From assembly GCA_963840035.1 (NCBI GenBank), contig CAWIXE010000001.1, positions 352,001-416,000 of the forward strand: 64,000 bases of DNA, written 5' to 3'. The notes below the pieces were generated by a model. That model was not told the DNA's origin. It saw nothing but the letters and a program-made list of their open reading frames with translations, and did not search any database. The stretch is from a candidate division FCPU426 bacterium. Its GTDB lineage: Bacteria > Oederibacteriota > PGYV01 > Palsa-1178. This document shows, piece after piece, positions 11,247-20,448 of this stretch (position 1 is the first letter of the stretch; each line of letters opens with the position of its first letter). The translations under genes were made by a program, and so were the position numbers.

Positions 11247-11693
11247 TTAACCCTTCAGCATTTCTTTTAATATGTTGTTAATCCGCCCGCCGTCAGCCCT
11301 TCCCTTGACCTTCGGCATTACCACGGCCATGACTTTTCCCATTTCTTTTATAGTCGAGGCGGCGGTCGATTTGACCGCCTCCTCAACTATTGTTTTAAGC
11401 TCGGCGTCAGAAAGCTGCTCGGGAAGGTACGCTTTAAGGATGGCCATTTCCAGCTCTTCCTTGGCGATCAAGTCTTCCCTGCCTCCCTTTCTGAAACTCT
11501 CGATAGATTCCACATGCGATTTTGCGAGCGATGCTATGACATCTATGACCTCTGTGTCGGAAAGGTCCTTCTTTTTGGCGACTTCCTTTTTCATGACCTC
11601 GGTTTTAATCTGCCTTAGGCAGTTCATCCGGGTCTCATCTTTGGCTTTCATGGCTTCTTTTAAATCGCTGTTTATCTTTTCGAGTTGAGTCAT
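11247..11693 (-). CDS. yqeY: GatB/YqeY domain protein
   Basis: DLKEAMKAKD, GGREDL..KE..E, YLPEQL, MGKVM..VKGRADG; directly after rpsU. Confidence 0.92.
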   Translation of the reverse strand: MTQLEKINSDLKEAMKAKDETRMNCLRQIKTEVMKKEVAKKKDLSDTEVIDVIASLAKSHVESIESFRKGGREDLIAKEELEMAILKAYLPEQLSDAELKTIVEEAVKSTAASTIKEMGKVMAVVMPKVKGRADGGRINNILKEMLKG

Positions 11694-11697
11694 ATGC

Positions 11698-11889
11698 TTA
11701 TACCCTTCTTTTCACTTTTTTCCTTTTCTTGCTCGCTGCCCACATCTTCTGCTTGCGCTTGACTGAAGGCGGTTCATAGAATTCCCTTTTCTTCATTTCC
11801 TGGAGAATACCCGCGTCCTGGACTTTTTTCTTAAAGCGTTTCATCGCGTCGTCTAAGGACTCGTTCTCCTTGATAAGGATCTCTGTCAT
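11698..11889 (-). CDS. rpsU: 30S ribosomal protein S21
   Basis: [14 protein letters not shown]...[13 protein letters not shown]. Confidence 0.95.
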   Translation of the reverse strand: MTEILIKENESLDDAMKRFKKKVQDAGILQEMKKREFYEPPSVKRKQKMWAASKKRKKVKRRV

Positions 11890-11945
11890 TTAAATCATCA
11901 CCCGTCTTTCTATTATGAATTTAAGTTCTTTAATTCAACTTTGAC

Positions 11946-12011
11946 GTCATTGCGAGGAGCCGCTTTTATATTTATGGCGACGAAGCAATCTCTTCCTTAC
12001 AACGCAATGAC
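11946..12011 (+). repeat. GTCATTGCGAG...CGCAATGAC palindromic element (internally deleted copy)
   Basis: Same termini and GACGAAGCAATCTC core as the copies at 20071, 29003 and 33381. Confidence 0.85.
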
Positions 12012-12106
12012 AACTTAAAACCACACAAATAAAAAAGTAGCCTGTCAAGTATGCAAAAATCACGGGAAAACCCGCGAAATACTTAACAGACTGGTGTTAC
12101 AGGTAA

Positions 12107-12134
12107 ATTATACACCATAGAAAACGTAAGTCAA
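12107..12134 (-). promoter_or_regulatory. Putative sigma70 promoter of the rpsU-...-rpoD operon
   Basis: TTGACT-N16-TATAAT on the minus strand. Confidence 0.6.
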
Positions 12135-12394
12135 GTTTATTCTATATTATATAGGGGCTTTTCCAGATATTTCCCACATTAAGAAACTGATTTCTTAATA
12201 TGAAACAAGCTATTTTGTTCCATATTTTAAAGGCCTTTGTATGGTTGTTTGTATAGATTTGTTCGCATCTACTAACATTTGGCGTCATCAGAAAAAAAAT
12301 TATATTTTGAGTTAAATTTGAATTCAACAGGTTAATGATGTATATTTTATACAGGGCATCCCTGAATCAAACCTATCCTTTATGGAGGTGTTTT

Positions 12395-12847
12395 ATGAAA
12401 GTTTATCTTGTCCAGCACGGCAAAGCGGCTGATGAAAAACAGGATCCCAACAGGCCGCTGACGAAAGAGGGCGTCGATGAAACAAAATCAGTGGCGCAGA
12501 TAGCGTTGATGGGCATGATAAGGCCGGCCATGATATTCCACAGCGGAAAGATCAGGGCCATGCAGACCGCGGAAATATTTGATGACGCGCTGAAGCCCTC
12601 CAGGGGCGTGCATGAACTTGATTCCATGGCTCCCAACGACGATGTTTTAAGGGCTCTCGAAGTGATAAATTCCGAGTCCATTGACATCATGCTGGTGGGC
12701 CATCTGCCGCACCTGTCAAAACTTGTTTCAAAACTGGTGACAGGGGATGAAAAAAAGAAAATTGTGTCATTTAAAAACTCAGGTATTATTTGTCTTGAAA
12801 AACAGGAGGACTCATCCTGGGCAATAGTGCCCCTGGTTTTTTATTAA
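12395..12847 (+). CDS. sixA: Phosphohistidine phosphatase SixA
   Basis: LVQHGKA, RPLT..G, S...RA.QTA, LVGHLP; GGAGG RBS before 12395. Confidence 0.88.
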   Translation: MKVYLVQHGKAADEKQDPNRPLTKEGVDETKSVAQIALMGMIRPAMIFHSGKIRAMQTAEIFDDALKPSRGVHELDSMAPNDDVLRALEVINSESIDIMLVGHLPHLSKLVSKLVTGDEKKKIVSFKNSGIICLEKQEDSSWAIVPLVFY

Positions 12848-12867
12848 TCCAGAATTTAGAATTAAAC

Positions 12868-14268
12868 TTACTCAATAAATATCGAGCTCTTAATTACCTT
12901 TTCCATATGGGGGTATGAGGAATACGTCGCCATAATCCTTAAATTAACCCCGTAAGTATTCCCGCTTTTTAAAATAGAACTGTATACCGCGGGGATATCC
13001 CATTCTATCGAATTCCTGCCCATCTCCAGACCCGTTGAATTGCACACCTCAACGGGTTTTACCCCGTCGTCCGGCGGGACCAGTTCAATGCATACATAAC
13101 TTTTTTCCGTGAGCATGAAATCAAACCTCAGCCTGATTACGTCCTCTATTTTTGTGCTTCTGACGGTAAAATCCCTCGCGTCGCTGCCTATCCAGAAATA
13201 TTGCGCGGATTCTTTGTCGGAAATAAATACCTGGCCGTAGTGCTTGTAAATGGCTATACCCGTCGGGTTCTCAAACTCATAGTCATTATTTCCGTATTTC
13301 CCGAACTCCGCGATGAAGCGCAGGTCAGGCGAAAATTTATATATCATGGAGTTTAAGGTGTCCACTATGTACACGTTGCCGTAATAGTCCTGTTCAAGCG
13401 TCGTTAAGAAGACATTCCTCCCGAGTATTTCATTGACCCTGATGGACTGAAGGAGGTTCCCGTTAAAATCAAATTTCTGCATCCTGTTGTTGTTGCCGTC
13501 TATTATGTAAATGCAGTTCTGCCTGTATCCGGTGTAACGCTCGCCGTCATCGCAAACACATATACCCTGAGGGTTTAGAATCCCTTTTTCCTGCCCGATT
13601 GAAGCTAGGTACCCTCCGGACTTGCCGAAAAGCTGTATCCTGTTGTTCCCGGAATCGGAAACATAAATCCTTCCTGCTGAGTCAAGCGCCACATAGGAAG
13701 GGTTGAGGAACTTCCCCTTGTCGCTGCCCTTGCCGCCGATGGTCCTTATGAATTTTACTTTTTTTCCGTTGTTATAATAGCGTACTATCCTGTTGTTTCC
13801 GGTATCGGCTATGTAAATGTCCCCGTACTCGTTGCAGGCAATGCCCTTTGGGTCAAGCATCTCTCCCTCTCCGCTTCCGCGGCCGCCAAATACGGCGAGC
13901 GTGTGCATTGACGGGTTATAAATGACCTCTCCCCTGCCGGAATTTACCCCATAAACGGTCAGCTGCCAGTCGTCCTTATCCTTGTTTATCTTGCCGTAAT
14001 CCTTAAGCAGTTTGGTGCACGCCAAATCCTGCGGCCCGTCAAAAAAAGTCCTGGTCCCGAGGAAAAGTTTTAAATGCATCTGGGTGCCTTTATGTATGCC
14101 AAAAGGGGTATGCCAGAAACTCGGGTAAATGAGGGTGGTGGGCTGGTCCATGACCGTGGTCATCTTGTTCTCGTCATCCTCCGCCGTGGAGGCTTTAGTG
14201 TCCTCCGCGAGAATAAAACAAGATGATGAAATAATCAGTGATAATATAAGCAGCAGCCTTTTTAGCAT
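12868..14268 (-). CDS. Secreted NHL-repeat beta-propeller protein with C-terminal FlgD-like Ig domain
   Basis: Signal peptide; P.GIA...IYIADTGNNRI repeats; C-terminal F.L...YV.IE...G.N.IEWD. Confidence 0.8.
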   Translation of the reverse strand: MLKRLLLILSLIISSSCFILAEDTKASTAEDDENKMTTVMDQPTTLIYPSFWHTPFGIHKGTQMHLKLFLGTRTFFDGPQDLACTKLLKDYGKINKDKDDWQLTVYGVNSGRGEVIYNPSMHTLAVFGGRGSGEGEMLDPKGIACNEYGDIYIADTGNNRIVRYYNNGKKVKFIRTIGGKGSDKGKFLNPSYVALDSAGRIYVSDSGNNRIQLFGKSGGYLASIGQEKGILNPQGICVCDDGERYTGYRQNCIYIIDGNNNRMQKFDFNGNLLQSIRVNEILGRNVFLTTLEQDYYGNVYIVDTLNSMIYKFSPDLRFIAEFGKYGNNDYEFENPTGIAIYKHYGQVFISDKESAQYFWIGSDARDFTVRSTKIEDVIRLRFDFMLTEKSYVCIELVPPDDGVKPVEVCNSTGLEMGRNSIEWDIPAVYSSILKSGNTYGVNLRIMATYSSYPHMEKVIKSSIFIE

Positions 14269-14293
14269 CCTTCACCCTGAATTGCATTTTTTT

Positions 14294-14603
14294 GTAGAGA
14301 CACAGCTTGCTGTGTCTCGCATTTAACGCCTGGAACCCAACGTCTGAGACGCAGCCATTCGATATGTATATGTCATGAGAGTATTATAGGACTCATGGCA
14401 TATGCAAGCTGCGTCTCTACAGAAAACTAAAAACACTACATTAACCGTTTATGTATTTCGTAGAGACACAGCTTGCTGTGTCTCGCCTTAACACCTGGAA
14501 TCCAACGTCTGAGACGCAGGCAAGTCTGCGTCTCTACAGAGAACTAAAAGAACACTACATTAACCGTTTATGTATTTCGTAGAGACACAGCTTGCTGTGT
14601 CTC
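14294..14603. repeat. 2.5 GTAG-REP doublets (BIME-like)
   Basis: GTAGAGACACAGCTTGCTGTGTCTC at 14294, 14460 and 14579, paired with GAGACGCAG..CTGCGTCTCTAC; near-identical linkers. Confidence 0.9.
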
Positions 14604-14632
14604 GCCTTTCAGTCCGCGTCCCTGGCAGAAAC

Positions 14633-15394
14633 CTAAAAATTATACGACAAACTAACGCCGTTCATCGCGGGCGTAAATGATACGTTCTTGGGCATGTCAA
14701 GGTTGTTTATGACTTTTCCCGTCACAATACCTATCACCGCGCCCAGAAGCACGTCCGATGGCCAGTGCGCGCCCCTGTAGATACGCGCGATCCCTGTCAG
14801 CGCTGCGGCCGGATATGTGATCCATCCTATGTCATACCTGTCGCCAATTATCGTCGCGGCCACAAATGCCGTTGTGGTATGCCCCGAAGGATACGCCGCG
14901 TCGTCAAACGTAAACCAGGTGAATGCAAGTGAGTCGTCAGTCTGCGACGGCCTTTCCCTTCCGCAGATTATTTTTATTACGTTTGTAATGGCCCCTGCCA
15001 CCGCAAGCCCTTCAACCACGCTCACGGCGGTTTTCTTTTCTTTCTCCCCGCCGAGAGAAAATAAGAGGGCGTCCCCGGCAAGTACAGTCAGACCGTCGCC
15101 GCCGCGGTTGAAAATATCAAAAAAAGTGTCTTTAAATTTATTTGGCCCTGACCTTACTGTTTTTGATATCCACAAATCGTTTTTAATCAGAAGGTAAGTG
15201 GCCGCCCCGAACCCGGCCGTAATTAATCCTGTTTTTAAAGGGTCCTCAATCACCGCGCCGCCGATAGCCTTAAAATCATCAAAAAAAACGCGGTTCCATA
15301 TGGTATCCTCCGCGAAAACAGAAGAATAAAAAAACAATAAAACCAGTATTGTTATTATTTCATACTTCAGGATAGAAGCTCCGGACTTTTTCAT
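14633..15394 (-). CDS. PAP2-family phosphatase
   Basis: K....GRERP, YPSGHT, ARIYRGAHWPSDV motifs. Confidence 0.9.
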   Translation of the reverse strand: MKKSGASILKYEIITILVLLFFYSSVFAEDTIWNRVFFDDFKAIGGAVIEDPLKTGLITAGFGAATYLLIKNDLWISKTVRSGPNKFKDTFFDIFNRGGDGLTVLAGDALLFSLGGEKEKKTAVSVVEGLAVAGAITNVIKIICGRERPSQTDDSLAFTWFTFDDAAYPSGHTTTAFVAATIIGDRYDIGWITYPAAALTGIARIYRGAHWPSDVLLGAVIGIVTGKVINNLDMPKNVSFTPAMNGVSLSYNF

Positions 15395-15481
15395 TTGTTC
15401 TTTATGCCCCACTTTTGACTTTTGAGTTTTGACATTTGACTTTACCTGCAGCCCGCCACTCACTACCCACCACCCACTCCG

Positions 15482-16081
15482 CTATTTGTAAAGTTTCTGT
15501 TCCTTTATATACCCGCTCACCTTTGCCCCGAGCTCCTCGGTGCAGTCCTCGCCGCTTCTTAACCTGAACCTGATGTCTGTTGAGGATATGTGTATGAGCC
15601 CGGTGTGCGCCCAGAAAGCCGCGTTGGTGAGCTTCTCGAGCTTTTTGGCAATCATGTCCTTGGTAAAGCCCGCCCTGGGGAAAACTATGAAGTCTATGAG
15701 CGATACGAGCTCCTGCGATTTTTTCCATGTATCTATGTGGAAGAAGGCGTCCGAACCTATGAGAAAGTGTATTTTTGCCTCCGGGAATTCCGTCCTGAAA
15801 TGTTTTATGGTATCTATGGAGTATGATACCGACTTTTTATTTATCTCGTAATCCGAAAGTATGAAGTCCTCGTTGCCGTTTATAAGGAGCTTAACCATCT
15901 CCATCCTGTTCTCGGCGTCCATTACGTTCCTGGGTTCCTTGTGTGGCGGGATGTAAGCAGGCACGAAAAATACCTTATCCAGGTTAAACTCGGTTTTTGC
16001 TTCCTTTGCCAGGGCGTAGTGTCCCATGTGGGGAGGGTTGAAGGTCCCGCCGAATATCCCTATGTTCTTATAGTTAGCCAC
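15482..16081 (-). CDS. nadD: Nicotinate-nucleotide adenylyltransferase
   Basis: GGTFNPPHMGH, PPHK, SYSIDT, IGSD, ISSTDIR. Confidence 0.95.
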   Translation of the reverse strand: MANYKNIGIFGGTFNPPHMGHYALAKEAKTEFNLDKVFFVPAYIPPHKEPRNVMDAENRMEMVKLLINGNEDFILSDYEINKKSVSYSIDTIKHFRTEFPEAKIHFLIGSDAFFHIDTWKKSQELVSLIDFIVFPRAGFTKDMIAKKLEKLTNAAFWAHTGLIHISSTDIRFRLRSGEDCTEELGAKVSGYIKEQKLYK

Positions 16082-17333
16082 GTATCTGCCCGCTTCCCCT
16101 TACTATGTACTTCTCAGAGGTAAGTTCATTTAATCCCATGGGCCCGCGCACGTGGAGCTTCTGGTTTGAGATTCCCATCTCGGCGCCGAGCCCGAATTCA
16201 AAGCCGTCGTGCAGGCGCGTCGAGGCGTTTACAAAGACAGCGGCCGAATCCACCTCGGCCTCAAAACGTTCCGCTGCTTTTTTATCCCTGGTGATGATGG
16301 CGTCTGAGTGGTGCGAGCCGTACGTGTTTATGTGGCTGATGGCCTCGTCAAGCGACGCCACAACCTTTATATTAAGTTTTAAATCATTGTATTCTTTCCT
16401 GAAATCCTCATCAGCCGCGTTTTTCGCCGTAGGAAGGAATTTTTTAGCCGCTGCTTCGGCCTTTAACTCCACATTCCCGTTTAAAAATTCCTTTTCCGCC
16501 ATAGGCAGGAATTTTTCAGCTATGTCCTTATGCACCAGCAGCGTCTCCATGGCGTTGCATGTGGAGGGCCTCTGTACCTTCGCGTTATATGATACCTTTA
16601 TTGCCATTTCCAGGTCGGCCTGCTTATCCACGTAAGTGTGGCATATGCCCGCGTCATGGTATATTACCGGTATCATGGAATTCTCCGCGACAAAATCAAC
16701 AAGCCCTTTTCCTCCGCGCGGGATTATGACGTCTATGTAGTCCTTTAATTTGAGCATCTCGGCTATCGCGTCCCTGTCCGTGGTTTCCACGACTTCGACG
16801 CACCCTTCAGGCAGCCCGGCTTTTACAAGAGCTCCGCGTATTATTTTCCCGAGGCACATGTTGGAATTATAAGCGTCGGAACCGCCGCGCAGTATCACGC
16901 TGTTTCCTGATTTAAGGGTAAGCGATGAAGCCTCCACACCGACATTGGGCCTTGATTCAAATATTATGCCGACCGTTCCCAGGGGCATCCTGACCTTCAT
17001 TACCCTCATGCCATTCGGGCGTTTTACGCTTGATGTTACCTTACCCACGGGGTCAGGCAGTTTTATGACGTCCTTAACAGACTTTATCATGGTGTCTATG
17101 TATTTGTCGTCCAGGGTAAGCCTGTCTATGAATGCTTTGGTAAGGCCGCTTTTTATCCCGGCTTCTATGTCTTTTTTATTCTCGGCGATAATTACAGCCC
17201 TGTTCTTATCAAGCTCTTCTGCTATGGTGTTTAAGGCCGCGTTCTTTACCTTGGTGGCTGTCTTCATCAGCACATAAGACGCGTCCTTCGCCCTCTTTGC
17301 CTGTTGTAGTATCTTTTCCTTAATGTCCGCCAT
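16074..17333 (-). CDS. proA: Gamma-glutamyl phosphate reductase
   Basis: IFESRPNV, IPRGG, CNAMETLL, VNASTRLHDGFEFGLGAEMGIS, RGPMGL. Confidence 0.97.
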   Translation of the reverse strand: MADIKEKILQQAKRAKDASYVLMKTATKVKNAALNTIAEELDKNRAVIIAENKKDIEAGIKSGLTKAFIDRLTLDDKYIDTMIKSVKDVIKLPDPVGKVTSSVKRPNGMRVMKVRMPLGTVGIIFESRPNVGVEASSLTLKSGNSVILRGGSDAYNSNMCLGKIIRGALVKAGLPEGCVEVVETTDRDAIAEMLKLKDYIDVIIPRGGKGLVDFVAENSMIPVIYHDAGICHTYVDKQADLEMAIKVSYNAKVQRPSTCNAMETLLVHKDIAEKFLPMAEKEFLNGNVELKAEAAAKKFLPTAKNAADEDFRKEYNDLKLNIKVVASLDEAISHINTYGSHHSDAIITRDKKAAERFEAEVDSAAVFVNASTRLHDGFEFGLGAEMGISNQKLHVRGPMGLNELTSEKYIVRGSGQIRG

Positions 17334-17356
17334 GTTTCATCCTTTTTGTTTTGTAA

Positions 17357-17470
17357 AACCTTAACCCTTATCCTCATCCTTATCCTAAGCCTGTAGCTCT
17401 TGCTTTTAGATCTAAGGCTAAGTGCTAAGGGTAAGGATTAAGTATAAGGATAAGGTTCTTCCTAACCCTT
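17357..17470. repeat. Single divergent copy of the hexamer-built (TAACCC-like) palindromic repeat
   Basis: AACCTTAACCCTTATCCTCATCCTTATCC-TAAGCCTGTAGCTCTTGC...TAAGGGTAAGGATTAAG; homologous to the 18618-19335 units. Confidence 0.8.
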
Positions 17471-17471
17471 G

Positions 17472-18593
17472 TTAAAAGAACTTCTGTATTATCTCATTTG
17501 ATATCAAAAAGCCCTTCCTGGTCAGGCTGAAGCTTTCGCCGCTTTTATTAGCCAGCCCTTCGTCCGCCAGTCTGGCTACAATATTACTATATTTTGAATA
17601 AAAATCATATTTAAAAATCCTCTCAAACTCCTTAAAATCAATCCCTTCGCAGGTACGGAGCTTGAGCATGATGTATTCTTTCCGGGAGTTTTCCGGGGTC
17701 ACGGTTTCCGTAATATCCGCCGGGTCGTCGGATTTTTTCAGCCTTTTAATATACTCCGCGGGTGACGTTGTATTTGTGTACCTTTTGCCCTGGAAAAACG
17801 AGGAAGCTGCCGAGCCTATGCCTATGTATTCCCCGGAATCCCAGTAGTTAAGGTTATGCACGCATTTCTTTCCGGGCATGGCGAAGTTTGAAATTTCATA
17901 CTGCTTGTATCCGGCTTTTTCAAGCTCTTCCGCGCCCCTTAAATACATGTGCTCTAAAACCTCTTCATGCGGCAGGTTTAAAAGCCCGCTCTCCGCCTTT
18001 TTACCGAAAGGCGTGTGTCCGTAAAGGGTCAGCATATAAAATGACACGTGCTCCGGCTTTAACTTTATCGCCTCACCTATGTTGTGGAGCACGTCAGCCG
18101 TGGACTGCCCTTCTACACCGTACATAAGGTCTATATTTATGTTCTTTATATTCTGTTTCCTTAAGAGTTCATAAGCGCTGTATATGGCCTTGGTGCCGTG
18201 TATCCTGGTGAGCTTTTCCAGGAACTTGTCGTGAAAACTCTGGCACCCCAGGCTTACCCTGTTTACATTCGCTTCCAATACCCTGGCTTTTCTTTCCGTA
18301 ATGGTCTCGGGGTTTGCCTCTATGGTGATTTCCCTGAGTTTCTTCCTTTCAACCATGCCGTATATACCGGTAAAAAGCGAATCAAGCTGCTTGTCGGTGA
18401 GCACCGTGGGCGTCCCGCCGCCGATGAATAAGGTATCGAATGATATTTCAAAATTATTCCTGTAATACTTAAGTTCCCTTAACGCGGCTTCTATGTAGTC
18501 GTCGGCCAGGTATATGACATCGTCATAAGAGGAAAAATCGCAGTACTCGCATTTTTTGACGCAGAAAGGGATGTGCAGGTAAAGGCCGGGCAT
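17472..18593 (-). CDS. hemW: Radical SAM heme chaperone HemW (HemN-like)
   Basis: LYLHIPFCVKKCEYCDF, GGGTPT, EANP, YEISNFA, HNLNYW. Confidence 0.9.
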   Translation of the reverse strand: MPGLYLHIPFCVKKCEYCDFSSYDDVIYLADDYIEAALRELKYYRNNFEISFDTLFIGGGTPTVLTDKQLDSLFTGIYGMVERKKLREITIEANPETITERKARVLEANVNRVSLGCQSFHDKFLEKLTRIHGTKAIYSAYELLRKQNIKNINIDLMYGVEGQSTADVLHNIGEAIKLKPEHVSFYMLTLYGHTPFGKKAESGLLNLPHEEVLEHMYLRGAEELEKAGYKQYEISNFAMPGKKCVHNLNYWDSGEYIGIGSAASSFFQGKRYTNTTSPAEYIKRLKKSDDPADITETVTPENSRKEYIMLKLRTCEGIDFKEFERIFKYDFYSKYSNIVARLADEGLANKSGESFSLTRKGFLISNEIIQKFF

Positions 18594-18617
18594 ATTTACT
18601 CCTTGTGTTTTATATAA

Positions 18618-19335
18618 AACCTTAACCCTTACCCTCACCCTTATCCTTAGCCTGTAGCTCTTGCATTTAGATTTAGAGCCAGAGCCAAATGCTAAGGTTA
18701 AGAATTAAGGATAAGGGTTAAGGTGCTACTTAACCCTCACCCTTAGCCTGTAGCTCTTGCATTTAGATTTAGAGCCAGAGCCAAATGCTAAGGTTAAGAA
18801 TTAAGGATAAGGGTTAAGGTGCTACTTAACCCTCACCCTTAGCCTGTAGCTCTTGCATTTAGATTTAGAGCCAGAGCCAAATGCTAAGGTTAAGAATTAA
18901 GGATAAGGGTTAAGGTGCTACTTAACCCTTACCCTTACCCTTAGCCTGTAGCTCTTGCATTTAGATTTAGAGCCAAAGCCAAATGCTAAGGTTAAGAATT
19001 AAGGACAAGGGTTAAGGTGCTACTTAACCCTTACCCTCACCCTTAGCCTGTAGCTCTTGCATTTAGATTTAGAGCCAGAGCCAAATGCTAAGGTTAAGAA
19101 TTAAGGATAAGGGTTAAGGTGCTACTTAACCCTTACCCTCATCCTTATCCTTAGCCTGTAGCTCTTGCATTTAGATTTAGAGCCAGAGCCAAATGCTAAG
19201 GTTAAGAATTAAGGATAAGGGTTAAGGTGCTACTTAACCCTTACCCTCATCCTTAGCCTGTAGCTCTTGCATTTAGATTTAGGCCCAGAGCCAAATGCTA
19301 AGGTTAAGAATTAAGGATAAGGATTAAGGTGCTAC
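18618..19335. repeat. Tandem array of 7 units (96-108 bp) built on TAACCC/TACCCT/TATCCT and GGGTTA hexamers
   Basis: Anchor TAGCCTGTAGCTCTTGCATTTAG at 18648, 18744, 18840, 18942, 19044, 19152, 19254. Confidence 0.95.
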
Positions 19336-20048
19336 CTGACTTCCACCGCTGCCGCATTATTCGCCGTATTGCTTTTTACGTCGGCGTCTATAAAGTACTG
19401 CTTTACGACCGTCCATCTTTTCGGCGGCCAGTAAACCAGCCACGCCCTTCCGCGGAAATACTCCCCGGGCAAAAAACCCCAGTGGCGCGAATCAGCCGAA
19501 TTATCCCTGTTGTCGCCCATCATAAAATAGGAACCTGCCGGAACTTTTATCGGCCCGAAATTGTCCCTGTATGAATCACCGTATGTTTTTTTATCGCTGT
19601 GCCACACATAAGGCTCTGATATTATTTTATTATTTATGAATAGCTGTTTGTTCTTTACCTGTATGATGTCCCCCGGCAGGCCGACGCAGCGCTTTATGAA
19701 CATTATATTAATATCCTGGGGATAGCGGAATATAGCGATTTCCCCCCTTTTTGGCATGGGAAACTTTACTGCTTTTTGCGCCTTTTCCGGAAGCAGCGAG
19801 CCGTATGCCCATTTATTAACGAGCAGCTGGTCCCCTTTAAGGAACGTATGCTCCATGGATTCCGAAGGTATCCTGAAGGCCTGTATGAAAAATATCCTTA
19901 AAACCGCCGCCACGGCCATGGCAAAAAACGCCGGCTCCACCCAGTCCCGCAGTTCTGAATCCTTTACGCGTAATATGAATACGATAAGTATCTCAGCGAG
20001 GAAAAGCGTGCCGAACAGGGACCAGAAAATTATTTCCGTTACTTCCAT
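19332..20048 (-). CDS. lepB: Signal peptidase I
   Basis: IPSESM (catalytic Ser), FIKRCVGLPGD (Lys), MGDNRDNSADSR; start taken at MEVTE. Confidence 0.95.
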   Translation of the reverse strand: MEVTEIIFWSLFGTLFLAEILIVFILRVKDSELRDWVEPAFFAMAVAAVLRIFFIQAFRIPSESMEHTFLKGDQLLVNKWAYGSLLPEKAQKAVKFPMPKRGEIAIFRYPQDINIMFIKRCVGLPGDIIQVKNKQLFINNKIISEPYVWHSDKKTYGDSYRDNFGPIKVPAGSYFMMGDNRDNSADSRHWGFLPGEYFRGRAWLVYWPPKRWTVVKQYFIDADVKSNTANNAAAVEVR

Positions 20049-20070
20049 GGCATCTCCACTTGTTTTTTTT

Positions 20071-20182
20071 GTCATTGCGAGGAACAGCATTTGTTCCATG
20101 GTGACGAAGCAATCTCTGTATTTTACCGATATAACAGGGATTGCTTCGTCGGCATACTTCAAAAACGCCTTCTCGCAATAAC
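20071..20182 (+). repeat. GTCATTGCGAG...CTCGCAAT(A)AC palindromic element
   Basis: Terminal inverted repeat plus internal GACGAAGCAATC-TCTGT...ACAGG-GATTGCTTCGTC hairpin. Confidence 0.9.
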
Positions 20183-20364
20183 ACCCGCATAAATACAAAA
20201 CCTTGTGTCATTTTAAGTAATTTTACCTGCCCCGTCAATGCATATCTCCTCAAGTAAACGCTGTTATTAAGGAATTATTAGACTCAAACCCGACTTTTAC
20301 CGTAATGCGGTCGTTATTACCGGTATTTTTATATTATAACCCAATAAAATAGGCAGTTTTTTTA

Positions 20365-20393
20365 TTGACATCCGCTATTAAATGGGTTATAAC
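20365..20393 (+). promoter_or_regulatory. Putative sigma70 promoter of the inositol-lipid cluster
   Basis: TTGACA-N17-TATAAC. Confidence 0.65.
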
Positions 20394-20448
20394 TAAGCAT
20401 AACCAAAAAAACATAACGTAATTGATTTCTTTTTTAAGGAGACTTTTT

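Noticed and set aside
14294..14603. Mini-CRISPR
   Set aside because: Linkers are duplicated rather than unique; the GTAG doublet architecture is REP-like
18618..19335. CRISPR array or repeat-protein CDS
   Set aside because: No unique spacers; units are near-identical; no ORF over the array in the six-frame track although unit lengths are multiples of 3
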